Part shown: positions 1 to 9,810 of the stretch, one piece after another
Layout of the letters: the number at the start of each line of letters is the position of its first letter
Numbering within the stretch: position 1 is the stretch's first letter
Source: an uncultured Halanaerobiales bacterium
Lineage (GTDB): Bacteria; Bacillota; Halanaerobiia; Halanaerobiales; M55B127
Reading direction: 5' to 3'
Length of the DNA: 64,000 bases
NCBI GenBank assembly: GCA_913055675.1
Contig: CAJXKY010000004.1
Span: 7,178 to 71,177, forward strand
Program-made: the position numbers and the translations under genes
The notes under the pieces: model-generated
Told to the model about the DNA's origin: nothing
Database searches by the model: none
Seen by the model: only the letters and a program-made list of their open reading frames with translations

Positions 1-756
1 TGGTCAGCAGGTGTAGATAAATTTTTAGAAGATAACAACTTTAAATATTTAAAAGAAAATGATATATCTTTAACTTCGGTTCGAGGAATTCATAAAGATA
101 GTATGTCGGAACAGGTTATGGGTTATCTGATTTCATTTAGCAGAAGACTTCCGGAACTTATGAAGTTACAAAAACAAAAAGATTGGGAACGATTAAAGGT
201 AGACTATCTCAAAGATAAAACGCTCTCTATTTTTGGTCTAGGAGCTGTAGGTAAAGAAGTGGCAAAGAAAGCTCAGACTTTTAAGATGAATGTTATAGGA
301 GTAAAGAGAAATACCGATGTTGTGATTCCTGGGGTAGAAGCAATATACAGCCCCGATCAAGCCGAACAGGTATTAAATAAATCTGATTATGTGGTAGTTA
401 CAATGCCTTTAACAGAAGAGACCCGTGGATATTTTGATTATGATAAATTTAAAGCTATGCAAGAGACCGCTTGTTTTATCAATGTTGCGAGAGGTGAAAT
501 AATTAAAGAAAAAGAAATGATAAAGGCTCTGAATGAAGATTTAATAGCTGGAGCAGCTTTAGATGTTTTTGAAGAAGAGCCTTTACCCAAAAGTTCACCT
601 TTATATGAGATGGATAATGTAATAATAACCCCCCATACTTCAGGTCTATTTCCTGATTATAATAAAGGGGCGGTTGAAATATTTAAAAATAATCTGAGTC
701 TATTTTTAGAAGGCAAAGAACTTATGAATGTGATTGATCCTAACCGTCAATATTAA
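1..756 (+). CDS. D-isomer-specific 2-hydroxyacid dehydrogenase family protein (5' end outside window)
   Basis: Frame 1 is open from base 1 (WSAGVDKFLEDNN...) into listed ORF 103..756. Has NAD Rossmann motif FGLGAVGKEVAKKA and family motifs NVARGEII and ITPHTSG. Confidence 0.85.
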   Translation, partial: WSAGVDKFLEDNNFKYLKENDISLTSVRGIHKDSMSEQVMGYLISFSRRLPELMKLQKQKDWERLKVDYLKDKTLSIFGLGAVGKEVAKKAQTFKMNVIGVKRNTDVVIPGVEAIYSPDQAEQVLNKSDYVVVTMPLTEETRGYFDYDKFKAMQETACFINVARGEIIKEKEMIKALNEDLIAGAALDVFEEEPLPKSSPLYEMDNVIITPHTSGLFPDYNKGAVEIFKNNLSLFLEGKELMNVIDPNRQY

Positions 757-2371
757 AAATAGTATTTAGTAATTGTCTTGTTTTTTTGTTATTAATTAAA
801 TCTAATACATCTTTTAAAGAAGAGGGTTCTTCTAAAAATATTTTGGAGGCCCTCTTTTTTCCTATGCCGGGAATAAAAGAAAGTTGATTAGTTGTTAGTT
901 CATTAATTTTTATAGGCCAAGGTAGGGCGGTTATAGATCGATATCCATGATCGATAACCTTAACATCATAAAATTTATTTATTTCTAGATTACCAGGTAT
1001 AGCTATGAGAATAGGATAGGTACCAAGTTGTCTACCGTAACTTATTTTCCCTTCTATTTTTTCAATTCTTACATTTCTTAAAATTGTATTATTTGGGAAA
1101 ACGCGTTTTAGCATAGGTTTATTAATATTTTCATTAACCTTTTTCTTATATTCCTTAAATTTCTTTTTATTAATTTCAGCGGTCGGGTAGTTATCGATTT
1201 GAACTACCTGTCTTATATTTATCCTTCTTAACATTAAACCAGAATCATATACTCGTTTCAAGAAATTATAATTATACTCAAAGGTTTCTTCCCGCTCTCC
1301 TATTAACCCATGTAAAAAATTAATACCTGGTAAAAGCTTAGGAACACCGTTTTTTCTTTTAGATCCAATTTTGTTTAATATTTGAATAGCCTGAAATGCA
1401 AGTTCTGGATCTGCCTCTATATTGTTTTTCTTTAGGACCTGAGGATCTGCTGATTCAAGTCCGAAAGCGGCTGTGTCTCCTTCAGTATTATATTTGGTTA
1501 TAGTTTTAAGTATTTGTCTGCTCTTTTTTTCAGATTGGATAATTGTAGCAGGATTAATATTGTCTAGATGTAATACTTTAAGTTCGGGATCAGCTTCCCG
1601 TATTCCAGCATATAGTTCTTCCAAGATTTCGGGTTTAAGTCTATTGTTCTGATCTCTGGAATAGGATAAAATATCGGTCTGACAACCCAATCTATAATAA
1701 TGGTTACCGTAATTAGTCAAACTATTAACTTCTTCGATAATTTGAGCTGGAGTACGAGTGTAGTGTAGGGTTTTCAATCGTTCACTACAAAAGGCACAGT
1801 GTTTTGAACGGGGACAACCGCGAAAAGTTTCTAACTCACAGACTACATTTGGATAAGAAGGGTGGCGTTTTGTTAGTTTAGCACCCAGCTTAGCCCATCT
1901 TGAGATATGATCTGCTGCTGTTTTTTTCAATTTATCGAAGTCAGTATTTTTTAACCTGCTGTAGATATCAAGAGCAGCGGTTTCTCTAGTTAGAATATCA
2001 TAACCGGTCACTTTATTTTTAACCAGGGTAATTGGTCCCCCAAGAACTTTAGTGGGATAAAATACATTATCACCTAATTTTTTTATTTCTGCTAAAGAAA
2101 TAGGTCGTCCACCAAGATAATTACCGGGTACTGTTGTGCCTGCAATGATAATAAAAAGGTCATAAGATTCCAGTGTTTCTTTGTTTTGTTCCCAGTTGTC
2201 TCTAAAATCATCTATAGTTTTATAATCAATATATTTTTCAGGAATACCGGCATCTAATAAAGAACCATATACATATCTAATATGGGGTGATATATAAGGT
2301 GGTACTCCCAGACATGAGGGTTCATCAAGATAGCCGTCCAGTAAAAACGTTTTAATTTTTTTAGTACTCAT
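740..2371 (-). CDS. Radical SAM protein with non-canonical CX5CX2C motif, TRAM-like domain and C-terminal helix-hairpin-helix
   Basis: 543-aa ORF with AAGGAG RBS 8 nt upstream on the minus strand. Core ETFRGCPRSKHCAFCSE. C-terminus has YDVKVIDHGYRSITALP (TRAM-like) then IPGIGKKRASKIF (HhH). The 3' end overlaps the convergent dehydrogenase by 17 nt. Confidence 0.8.
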   Translation of the reverse strand: MSTKKIKTFLLDGYLDEPSCLGVPPYISPHIRYVYGSLLDAGIPEKYIDYKTIDDFRDNWEQNKETLESYDLFIIIAGTTVPGNYLGGRPISLAEIKKLGDNVFYPTKVLGGPITLVKNKVTGYDILTRETAALDIYSRLKNTDFDKLKKTAADHISRWAKLGAKLTKRHPSYPNVVCELETFRGCPRSKHCAFCSERLKTLHYTRTPAQIIEEVNSLTNYGNHYYRLGCQTDILSYSRDQNNRLKPEILEELYAGIREADPELKVLHLDNINPATIIQSEKKSRQILKTITKYNTEGDTAAFGLESADPQVLKKNNIEADPELAFQAIQILNKIGSKRKNGVPKLLPGINFLHGLIGEREETFEYNYNFLKRVYDSGLMLRRINIRQVVQIDNYPTAEINKKKFKEYKKKVNENINKPMLKRVFPNNTILRNVRIEKIEGKISYGRQLGTYPILIAIPGNLEINKFYDVKVIDHGYRSITALPWPIKINELTTNQLSFIPGIGKKRASKIFLEEPSSLKDVLDLINNKKTRQLLNTIFNIDG

Positions 2372-2492
2372 AATAATAGCTCCTTAATAATACTTTTCTT
2401 CATTATAAATTAAAGAGCTGTATTTTGTCTAATTTAATAGCAGGATTTTTTTGATAATAAGTAAATATATAACTTAAAGGGAGGTAGTAAAA

Positions 2493-3878
2493 ATGGATGA
2501 ATTATATAACATAGATCAAGCAATGGAAATAGATAGAACTGAAGTGGCAGCAAATTATAAAAATCATATAAATCCCAGTATGGTTAAGATGCTTCAGTTA
2601 ATGAATTTTGATAAGAATTTTGTAAAAGCAGATAATGTAACTGTAACTGATGAAAAAGGAAAAGAATATTTAGATTTTTTAGGTGGTTATGGTTCTTTAA
2701 ATATGGGACATAATAGAAAAGAAATTATTGAAGCAGTTCATAAAGTACGAGAAAGGCCTAATTTATTACAGGCTTCTTTGGGTGGGATCTACAGTGCTGC
2801 TGCTCATAATTTAGCTCAGGTAGCTCCTGGAGATCTTGAAATAAGTTTTTTTGGTAACAGTGGAACCGAAGCAGTAGAAGGTGCAATTAAATTATCAAGA
2901 ATTGCTACTGGGAAAGAAAAGATCATTTATTGTAAAGATTCTTTTCATGGGAAAAGTTATGGATCTTTATCTATAACAGGAAGAGAGAAATATCAAAAAT
3001 ATTTTAACCCCCTTTTGCCAGCAACTGAATCAATTCCTTTTGGTGATATTCCAGCTCTAAAAGAGAAGTTGAACAGTAGCGAGAATATTGCATCTGTGAT
3101 ACTGGAACCTATCCAAGGTGAAGGAGGAGTAGTAGTACCTCCAAACGGGTATCTAAAAGAGGTTAGGGAATTGTGTGATAAACATGGAGTATTGATGATT
3201 TTAGATGAAATACAAACTGGACTAGGACGGACAGGGGAAATGTTTGCATGTAACCATGAAAATGTTGTACCAGATATTATGTGTTTAGCAAAATCTATGG
3301 GTGGAGGAATAGAGCCTGTCGGAGCATATATTACAAAACCAGAGATTTGGAATAAGGCCTATGGTAGTATGGAAAAAGCACTCTTACATACTTCTACCTT
3401 TGGTGGTAATGCCAGGGCTTCTGCTGCAGTAATTGCTTCTTTGAATTATATTATCAAAAAAGAGTTAAGTAGAGAAGCTGAAGAAAAAGGCAAGTATTTT
3501 TTAGATAAATTGAAAAGTTTTGAAGATGAATACAAATTAGTTAAGGAAGTTAGAGGAAAAGGGTTATTAATTGGTATAGAGTTTAATCAACCAGATCCCG
3601 GTATATTTGATCAACTCTCCGGCGGATTAGTTAGTAAATTTTCGGCTGAATATTTGGGAGCAATGGTGGCAGGAACTTTAAATAATGATTATCAAATAAT
3701 TACAGCCTATACTTTAAATAATCCTAATGTGATCAGATTAGAACCACCCCTTACAGTAAGTTATGAACAAATTGATTATGTAATAAATTCCTTAAATCAG
3801 ATATTTCAAAATAATAGTGGGTTATTTAATTTAACAATGAAAAGTGCTTCAACCGCTATCAAAAATTTTTTTCAGTAA
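2493..3878 (+). CDS. Class-III (acetylornithine/putrescine-type) PLP aminotransferase
   Basis: 461 aa, RBS AGGGAGG. Motifs GNSGTEAVEGAIKL, DEIQTGLGRTGEMFA and PLP-lysine context CLAKSMGGG. Confidence 0.85.
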   Translation: MDELYNIDQAMEIDRTEVAANYKNHINPSMVKMLQLMNFDKNFVKADNVTVTDEKGKEYLDFLGGYGSLNMGHNRKEIIEAVHKVRERPNLLQASLGGIYSAAAHNLAQVAPGDLEISFFGNSGTEAVEGAIKLSRIATGKEKIIYCKDSFHGKSYGSLSITGREKYQKYFNPLLPATESIPFGDIPALKEKLNSSENIASVILEPIQGEGGVVVPPNGYLKEVRELCDKHGVLMILDEIQTGLGRTGEMFACNHENVVPDIMCLAKSMGGGIEPVGAYITKPEIWNKAYGSMEKALLHTSTFGGNARASAAVIASLNYIIKKELSREAEEKGKYFLDKLKSFEDEYKLVKEVRGKGLLIGIEFNQPDPGIFDQLSGGLVSKFSAEYLGAMVAGTLNNDYQIITAYTLNNPNVIRLEPPLTVSYEQIDYVINSLNQIFQNNSGLFNLTMKSASTAIKNFFQ

Positions 3879-3914
3879 GGATTAATAGTAAAAAATTAAT
3901 AATATGTTAAAGAG

Positions 3915-3943
3915 CGGCAGGGGGACCTGTCGTTAATTTTTTT
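3915..3943 (+). terminator. Rho-independent terminator after the aminotransferase gene
   Basis: Stem CGGCAGG / CCTGTCG (one G-U pair), loop GGGA, followed by TTAATTTTTTT. Confidence 0.5.
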
Positions 3944-4048
3944 CATATAAATGTAAATATTTTCTATAAAAAAGAAGGATTTACCAATAGTCATCTCAAA
4001 TGTGTTATAGTGTGGCAAATATAAAATACTATAACAGGAGTGTATTAA

Positions 4049-6475
4049 TTGATTAAACAACACAGTAAATTCATATTATTTTTACTAGTCTTGATACTTT
4101 TATTTATTCCAGTAATTACAGTAGAGGCACAATATTCTACCGGTTATCTTGATTTTGATTTTTATAATTTGAATAGCAAAAAGTTCCGGATAAATACTGA
4201 TTATTCATTTTTTCTAAAGAATGAGACTAAAAACAATCTATCTTATACTCTCAAATATGACAAGAACCAGAATATTGATTACAAGTTTAAAAAGGAGCAC
4301 TTTTGGCTTGACCGTTCAATTTTACTGAAGGATTTCAGTGGACAGAGTAAATATCTGAAATTAAAATATGATAATTCAAATTTGATTTATGGTAGATATC
4401 AATTTCAGATTGATTCAACAATGTTTTCGAATTATTATTATAATAATTTAGATGGAGTGAAATTTACTCATGAGAATGATAAGCGAAGTGCTAATGTTTT
4501 CATAAGTAGAATGGGGCAAGTTTCAATTACGGATAGAATCTTTAATCCAAGTTATTCAGTTATCTTTTTAAATAATGATAAAATTATACGAGAATCTGAA
4601 ATGGTCTATGTGAATACATTAAATAAAGATAATGAAGTATTAAGAACAAATTATCTTAGAAAAAAGTTACACTATAAAATAGATTATTTAAAAGGTAAAG
4701 TTACATTTAAACCATTAATATATTTTTTGAATCAGCCCGAGTATAATTATGAATTGATTATAAATTATAAAATTAAGGAGTCTGGATTCAAATATCTAAA
4801 CCGGGGATATAATTTAAAAACAAAACTAACTTCTAATACAAGTTTGAAGATATATGAAGTAAATGAGCAAAGTCAAAAAAATATTAAAGGTATGGTATTA
4901 TCTTTTAAACCTAAGAGACGTGACTATTATGAATTGGAATACCAACAAGAGCAAGAAAACAATAAAAAAGTAAATATAAGTAATGATAATGGTGGCCATT
5001 ATTTACAAAATATAATAAAGAATAGTAAAACAGATAAAATGGGGATTAGATATTTCAATGAAATAAATTCAAACAATAAAATACAGGGACATAGTTACAA
5101 ATTTATTATTAATTCCCCTTACTTTGGAAAATTAGATGAGTTTGAACATTTCATAAAATACAATAGTAATTTAAATGAAAATATAAGAACTGAAATTATT
5201 TACCGAAGTTTAGATAACGATCAAAAGCATAGTTATGATCATTATCAGACGAATTTAATTAATCAAATCAATGAAAAACTAATCTTGAAGACAAGTTTTA
5301 AATATATAAATGGAACTTCAGGTATTACAAAAGAAAAAAGCCTGAGTAATTTTTTTGAATATAAATATTCAGAAAATTTAGACATATCCTGGGGCTATTT
5401 ACATAATATGCCAAGAGAACTCTATTATGGACAATATGTAATCAGGTATAAGCCTAAAAATAATAGTCATATCATATTTAGTAATCAAGTTAAGGATACT
5501 GATTATAGGGTGAAAAGATTTGAATATAAAATGGACAATGATTTTAAGATCTTTAAGACAATTCAAGAAACTCTATCAGATAAGAGTATAGTTAACAAAA
5601 ATAATGGTTTGAAGTATAGAATAAATAATGAAAATACCATTTCATTTATTAATTCAACCCATCAAGAGGAGGTGAATGGTAAGGAAAATATAGTTAAGTA
5701 TAAATTTGATTTTAATAAAACCATTTCAGCTGGTTTAAACCAGAGAACTTATTACACTAATTTAAATGGAGCTCTTCAAAAAAAGAAAAGAGGAACTAAA
5801 ATATATTTAAACTTAAAAAAGAAAGGAAATACATTTGAGGGTAGTTTTGATAAGGAGCGGAATATTACTAATACTTTTAAGAAAGAAAGACTAAAAGTTT
5901 CCTATCATAATAGAAATATTTCAAAATTTTATTTTTTTACTGGTATTGAAAAAGAATTTAAAAAAGAGAAAGCTCAAAATATTATTGTTAAATATAGTAA
6001 CCTCCGTTTTAAAATCAAATACCGCCCCTTTAATAATAAGAACAATTTAAGTTATAGTTATCTAAAACAGAATTCATACACTAAAAATTTAAATATAAGT
6101 AATGAGGAAAATACTGTTAACCAAACCTTAGACTTTTCTTATTTTTTTAATACGAAGTTATCATTAAATACTTCCTATAGTAAATGGGAGCGAACTTTAA
6201 AGAAAAACCAACAAAATATTTCTAATGTGTTTTCATTAAAAAGATTGGGATTGAAATATAGATACAAAAAGAGATGGACTTTTAAAGGAGAGTACAGAAT
6301 ATTAGATAAAACTAGAGAAAAAAGTGATAGTGGATATTTGATTTCTATCCAAAAGCATATAAACAAAAAATTATCACTAGGAATAGAATATAATTTTACT
6401 GATTTCAATAATAATCTTAATAATTTGAGTTATGATAACAATGGATTGTCTTTTAATATAAATTACAAATGGTAA
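4049..6475 (+). CDS. Large outer-membrane beta-barrel-like protein, family not recognised
   Basis: 808 aa, TTG start with RBS ACAGGAG. Signal peptide MIKQHSKFILFLLVLILLFIPVITVEAQ. Asn/Lys/Tyr-rich with alternating-residue stretches; ends GLSFNINYKW (aromatic C-terminus typical of BAM substrates). Confidence 0.6.
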   Translation: MIKQHSKFILFLLVLILLFIPVITVEAQYSTGYLDFDFYNLNSKKFRINTDYSFFLKNETKNNLSYTLKYDKNQNIDYKFKKEHFWLDRSILLKDFSGQSKYLKLKYDNSNLIYGRYQFQIDSTMFSNYYYNNLDGVKFTHENDKRSANVFISRMGQVSITDRIFNPSYSVIFLNNDKIIRESEMVYVNTLNKDNEVLRTNYLRKKLHYKIDYLKGKVTFKPLIYFLNQPEYNYELIINYKIKESGFKYLNRGYNLKTKLTSNTSLKIYEVNEQSQKNIKGMVLSFKPKRRDYYELEYQQEQENNKKVNISNDNGGHYLQNIIKNSKTDKMGIRYFNEINSNNKIQGHSYKFIINSPYFGKLDEFEHFIKYNSNLNENIRTEIIYRSLDNDQKHSYDHYQTNLINQINEKLILKTSFKYINGTSGITKEKSLSNFFEYKYSENLDISWGYLHNMPRELYYGQYVIRYKPKNNSHIIFSNQVKDTDYRVKRFEYKMDNDFKIFKTIQETLSDKSIVNKNNGLKYRINNENTISFINSTHQEEVNGKENIVKYKFDFNKTISAGLNQRTYYTNLNGALQKKKRGTKIYLNLKKKGNTFEGSFDKERNITNTFKKERLKVSYHNRNISKFYFFTGIEKEFKKEKAQNIIVKYSNLRFKIKYRPFNNKNNLSYSYLKQNSYTKNLNISNEENTVNQTLDFSYFFNTKLSLNTSYSKWERTLKKNQQNISNVFSLKRLGLKYRYKKRWTFKGEYRILDKTREKSDSGYLISIQKHINKKLSLGIEYNFTDFNNNLNNLSYDNNGLSFNINYKW

Positions 6476-6492
6476 AGGAAAGGTGTATTTAA

Positions 6493-7872
6493 ATGCAATT
6501 AATCAAAAAAATAATAAAATACTTAATTTTAATCAATATAATATTTATTCTTTTTTCCAACCCTGTCTTAAGCAGTAATTATTTAGATTTGGGAACTTTT
6601 GAGGTTATGAATGGAGGTTATTGGGCATTAGAAGGAAATAATACCTCTGTAATACAGGTTGATAAAGATGACAATGAACTATTTTATCTAACTCCACAGA
6701 ATATAATTAATAAAGTAATCACGGGTAAAATAAAAGTTTCAAGCTTTACTTATGATAATGATGCTTTCGGTTTAACGTTTGGATACCAAGGAATAAATGA
6801 TACTTATTTATGGTCCTGGGATGCTGGAGGTGTGCATGGAAATGAAGGACATATATTTTATAAAAAAGAAAAACTAGTTAGTCATGATGTTATTCCAGGA
6901 GAAATATTATATGATGGGAGAGCAATAGGGAAAGCCTGGGAGAAGGAAAAAGAATATAATTTCAAAGTGACTTATCTTGAAAACTATTTTAAGTTAGAAA
7001 TAAATAATAAAAAAATATTTGAAGTAAAAAATAACTTTCCCAAAGGAAGATTTGGTTTCTATTGTTTTTCTCAGGATATGATATATTTTTCAAATATTGA
7101 AATCAAAAATGGTGAACACTTATTAAAACCAAGTCTTGAGGATTTAGAAGAACCTATTGAAATAAAAGGTTACATTGATAAAACCGATAATAATTTATTT
7201 GATATAATAAGTGCTAATTACCAAATAAAAAACAATTCGGAATATGATATTGAAGATTTATATATTTCTCTATATATTGATCCTGAATTAAAGTTATTAA
7301 TAGACAGTATCAATATTAAGCAAAGTACCTATGATTTGAAATATAATAAAGCCAATAATGAATACAAGTTAAGTGGTATTACACTTGACTCTCAAGAAAG
7401 TATTTATTTAAATTATTTTCTTGAAAAAAGAAATCCGATTGTTAAAAAAGAGCAATATTTAAATAAAATACTAGTAAAAAGTTCGAAAAAAGATATTCTT
7501 TTATCTAATTCTATAAAGTCCGAAATAGAATTTAATGATGTAAATAATATCTTGAATGCTGAGATAGTTGGAAGGGTAAATATTGATAAAAATGCATCGT
7601 CTTTGAATTTGAAAGAAGAAGATATTAAATTCAAAATAGTAACTTCTGACGGGAGATTGATTCAGGTTGATAAAAATGGGAAATACCATTTAACAGTTAA
7701 TAAATTTAATGGATTATTTGAAAAAGAGACTATAGTATTGAAATTGATTGTACCAAAAATGTATAATAAATATAGGTTTAAAGGCGAAAAAATAAAATTA
7801 ATAAAAATAAGTCCGGGGTCTTATATTAAACAGGATTTCAATCTATATATAGGAGGTAAGGTAAATGGTTAA
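6493..7872 (+). CDS. Exported protein with N-terminal thrombospondin C-terminal (TSP_C)/L-lectin-like domain and beta-sandwich-like C-terminal region
   Basis: 459 aa, RBS AAAGGTG. Signal peptide ...ILFSNPVLSS. YDNDAFGLTFGYQGINDTYLWSW and KGRFGFYCFSQDMIYFSNIEI resemble TSP-1 [22 protein letters not shown] and [21 protein letters not shown] (recalled alignment). Confidence 0.6.
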   Translation: MQLIKKIIKYLILINIIFILFSNPVLSSNYLDLGTFEVMNGGYWALEGNNTSVIQVDKDDNELFYLTPQNIINKVITGKIKVSSFTYDNDAFGLTFGYQGINDTYLWSWDAGGVHGNEGHIFYKKEKLVSHDVIPGEILYDGRAIGKAWEKEKEYNFKVTYLENYFKLEINNKKIFEVKNNFPKGRFGFYCFSQDMIYFSNIEIKNGEHLLKPSLEDLEEPIEIKGYIDKTDNNLFDIISANYQIKNNSEYDIEDLYISLYIDPELKLLIDSINIKQSTYDLKYNKANNEYKLSGITLDSQESIYLNYFLEKRNPIVKKEQYLNKILVKSSKKDILLSNSIKSEIEFNDVNNILNAEIVGRVNIDKNASSLNLKEEDIKFKIVTSDGRLIQVDKNGKYHLTVNKFNGLFEKETIVLKLIVPKMYNKYRFKGEKIKLIKISPGSYIKQDFNLYIGGKVNG

Positions 7873-8566
7873 TGACTTTTCAGTTGAAGAATATATTGAT
7901 AAATTAGAAGATATTTTTAATAAACATGCTGACAAAGATAATGCAGTTCAAATGGAAAAGTATATGAGAAACAAATTTGATTTTTATGGATTACATGCAA
8001 AACAACGAAGGGAATTAAGTAGACACCTCCAGAAATTAGATAATAGGCCCCCACATTCACAGTTGAGTCAGGTGATTATAAAATTATGGTCTAAAGATAA
8101 AAGAGAATTACATTATTTTGCTATGGAATTATTTGAAAGATTTAAAAAAGATTTTAGAATCGGAGATATTAAATTAATGGTTTATATGATTGAAAACAAA
8201 TCCTGGTGGGATACAGTTGACTTCATTTCAAAAAAACTTGTTGGAGAATATTTTAAAACCTATCCTCAATTTAGAGATGAGTTTAATACCAAATGGCTCA
8301 AGTCAAATAATATTTGGTTACAGAGAACAGCTCTTTTGTTTCAATTAAATTATAAAGAAGAAACTGATTCAAAATTATTATTTAACAATATAAATAAGTT
8401 AAAAGATATAGATGAGTTCTTTATTCAAAAAGCTATTGGCTGGTCTTTAAGAGAGTATTCAAGAACTGCTCCAAAAAAAGTAGAGAAGTTTATAGTTAAT
8501 AATGAGTTATCTAGTTTAAGTACTAGAGAGGGACTTAAAGTTATTAAAAAAGCCAAAAGTAATTAA
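7865..8566 (+). CDS. DNA alkylation repair protein (AlkD/AlkC-like HEAT-repeat glycosylase family)
   Basis: 233 aa, RBS AGGAGG; start overlaps the upstream stop by 8 nt. N-terminal pattern NAVQMEKYMRNKFDFYGLHAKQRREL and WWDTVD are typical of the DNA_alkylation family. Confidence 0.75.
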   Translation: MVNDFSVEEYIDKLEDIFNKHADKDNAVQMEKYMRNKFDFYGLHAKQRRELSRHLQKLDNRPPHSQLSQVIIKLWSKDKRELHYFAMELFERFKKDFRIGDIKLMVYMIENKSWWDTVDFISKKLVGEYFKTYPQFRDEFNTKWLKSNNIWLQRTALLFQLNYKEETDSKLLFNNINKLKDIDEFFIQKAIGWSLREYSRTAPKKVEKFIVNNELSSLSTREGLKVIKKAKSN

Positions 8567-8680
8567 AAGAAGGTAAATTGATTTACTTTTGTTATATAAC
8601 TCAGGACTATATAAGCAGGAAATATTGCAGAAAAATTAAATTATATAAATAATCAGTAAGATTATTTGGGAGATGAAGGT

Positions 8681-9679
8681 ATGAATTCTTATGAGAGAGT
8701 ATTTAAAAGATTAGAGGGTAAAGAAGTAGATAAAATACCTAATTTAAATATTATTATGACTTTTGCAGCTAAATTTATAGATGTTCCTTATAGTAAATAT
8801 GTTAGGGATTATAGGTATCTTGTAGAAGGTAATATAAAATGTTGTGAAGAATTTGGAATAGATATGGTAAGTGCGATCTCAGATCCATGTCGTGAGGGAC
8901 ATGATATGGGAGCTAAAATTAAATTACCACATGATGACGTTCCCTATTTTGATGGTAATCTAATTGTTGATTATAAACAATTAGATTCATTAAATATTGT
9001 TGCTCCTAGGCAAGGTGAACGAATGTTAGATCGAATTAAGGCAGTTGAACTCTTCAAAAGAAAAGTAGGAGGTACTTATCCAATTTTAGGTTGGGTAGAA
9101 GGATCTTTTGCTGAGGCTTGTGATCTAAGAGGGATGCATCAAACAATGCTTGATATTTATGAAAATCCAGAAAACTTAGAACAATTATTAGAAATATGTA
9201 CTGAACAGGCAATTTGTTTTGCTGAAGAACAGGTTAAGGCAGGAGCAGATTTTATAGGGATTGGGGATGCAGCAGCTTCCTTAATCGGTCCCGCAAACTA
9301 TAATAAATTTGTTTTTCCCTATGAAAAAAGAATAATAAATGCTGTACATGAACTTGATGCCAAAGTTAAATTACATATCTGTGGAAATATTAATCCCATT
9401 TTAGAACAAATAGTAGAAACTAAAAGTGATATTATTGATCTAGACTGGATGGTTGATTTTAAAAAGGCTATAGAAATATTTGAGGATAAAACATCTGCAA
9501 ATGGTAATTTTGACCCAGTAGATATTTTAATGCGAGGGACGGCTGAGAAAGTAAAAAACGAAGTGAAAAAATGTGTAGAAATAGGAAACAAGACTACCTT
9601 TATATCAGCTGGATGTGAAGTTCCAGCCAGTACTCCTTATGATAATATGTATGCTGTAAATGGACCTTTATATCAATAG
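8681..9679 (+). CDS. Uroporphyrinogen decarboxylase (URO-D) family protein, MtaA/CmuA-like methyltransferase type
   Basis: ATG at 8681 with GGGAGA 7 nt upstream (track start 8666 is a TTG inside the RBS). MNSYERVFKRLEGKEVDKIP..., IGIGDAAASLIGP and HICGN are typical of the family. Confidence 0.7.
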   Translation: MNSYERVFKRLEGKEVDKIPNLNIIMTFAAKFIDVPYSKYVRDYRYLVEGNIKCCEEFGIDMVSAISDPCREGHDMGAKIKLPHDDVPYFDGNLIVDYKQLDSLNIVAPRQGERMLDRIKAVELFKRKVGGTYPILGWVEGSFAEACDLRGMHQTMLDIYENPENLEQLLEICTEQAICFAEEQVKAGADFIGIGDAAASLIGPANYNKFVFPYEKRIINAVHELDAKVKLHICGNINPILEQIVETKSDIIDLDWMVDFKKAIEIFEDKTSANGNFDPVDILMRGTAEKVKNEVKKCVEIGNKTTFISAGCEVPASTPYDNMYAVNGPLYQ

Positions 9680-9810
9680 GACACCTGATAATTGTAAGTA
9701 ATTATTGATAATTTAAATCAGTGAATTTTGTGAAATTTTTAAAAAGGATTTATTTATTATATAATGAATACATGAAATAAGATAATTAATAAATGATGAG
9801 GTGTATATAA

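Noticed and set aside
740-756. 17-nt convergent overlap of the dehydrogenase and radical SAM 3' ends.
   Set aside because: Short convergent overlaps are common in compact genomes. There is no evidence of antisense regulation.
4004-4035. 8-bp inverted repeat GTTATAGT-N16-ACTATAAC, plus a TGGCA motif (4013..4017) just upstream of the 808-aa OMP gene. I considered it as an operator or a sigma-54 -24 element.
   Set aside because: The arms are short and AT-rich. The TGGCA is not followed by a GC-containing -12 element at the correct spacing. No enhancer-binding protein is encoded in the window.
9728-9745. TTGTGAAATTTTTAAAAA, a Rex-like left half-site upstream of the XdhC genes.
   Set aside because: The right half (TTAAAAA) lacks the CAC core, so it is not a palindrome. 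It is probably just AT-rich sequence.
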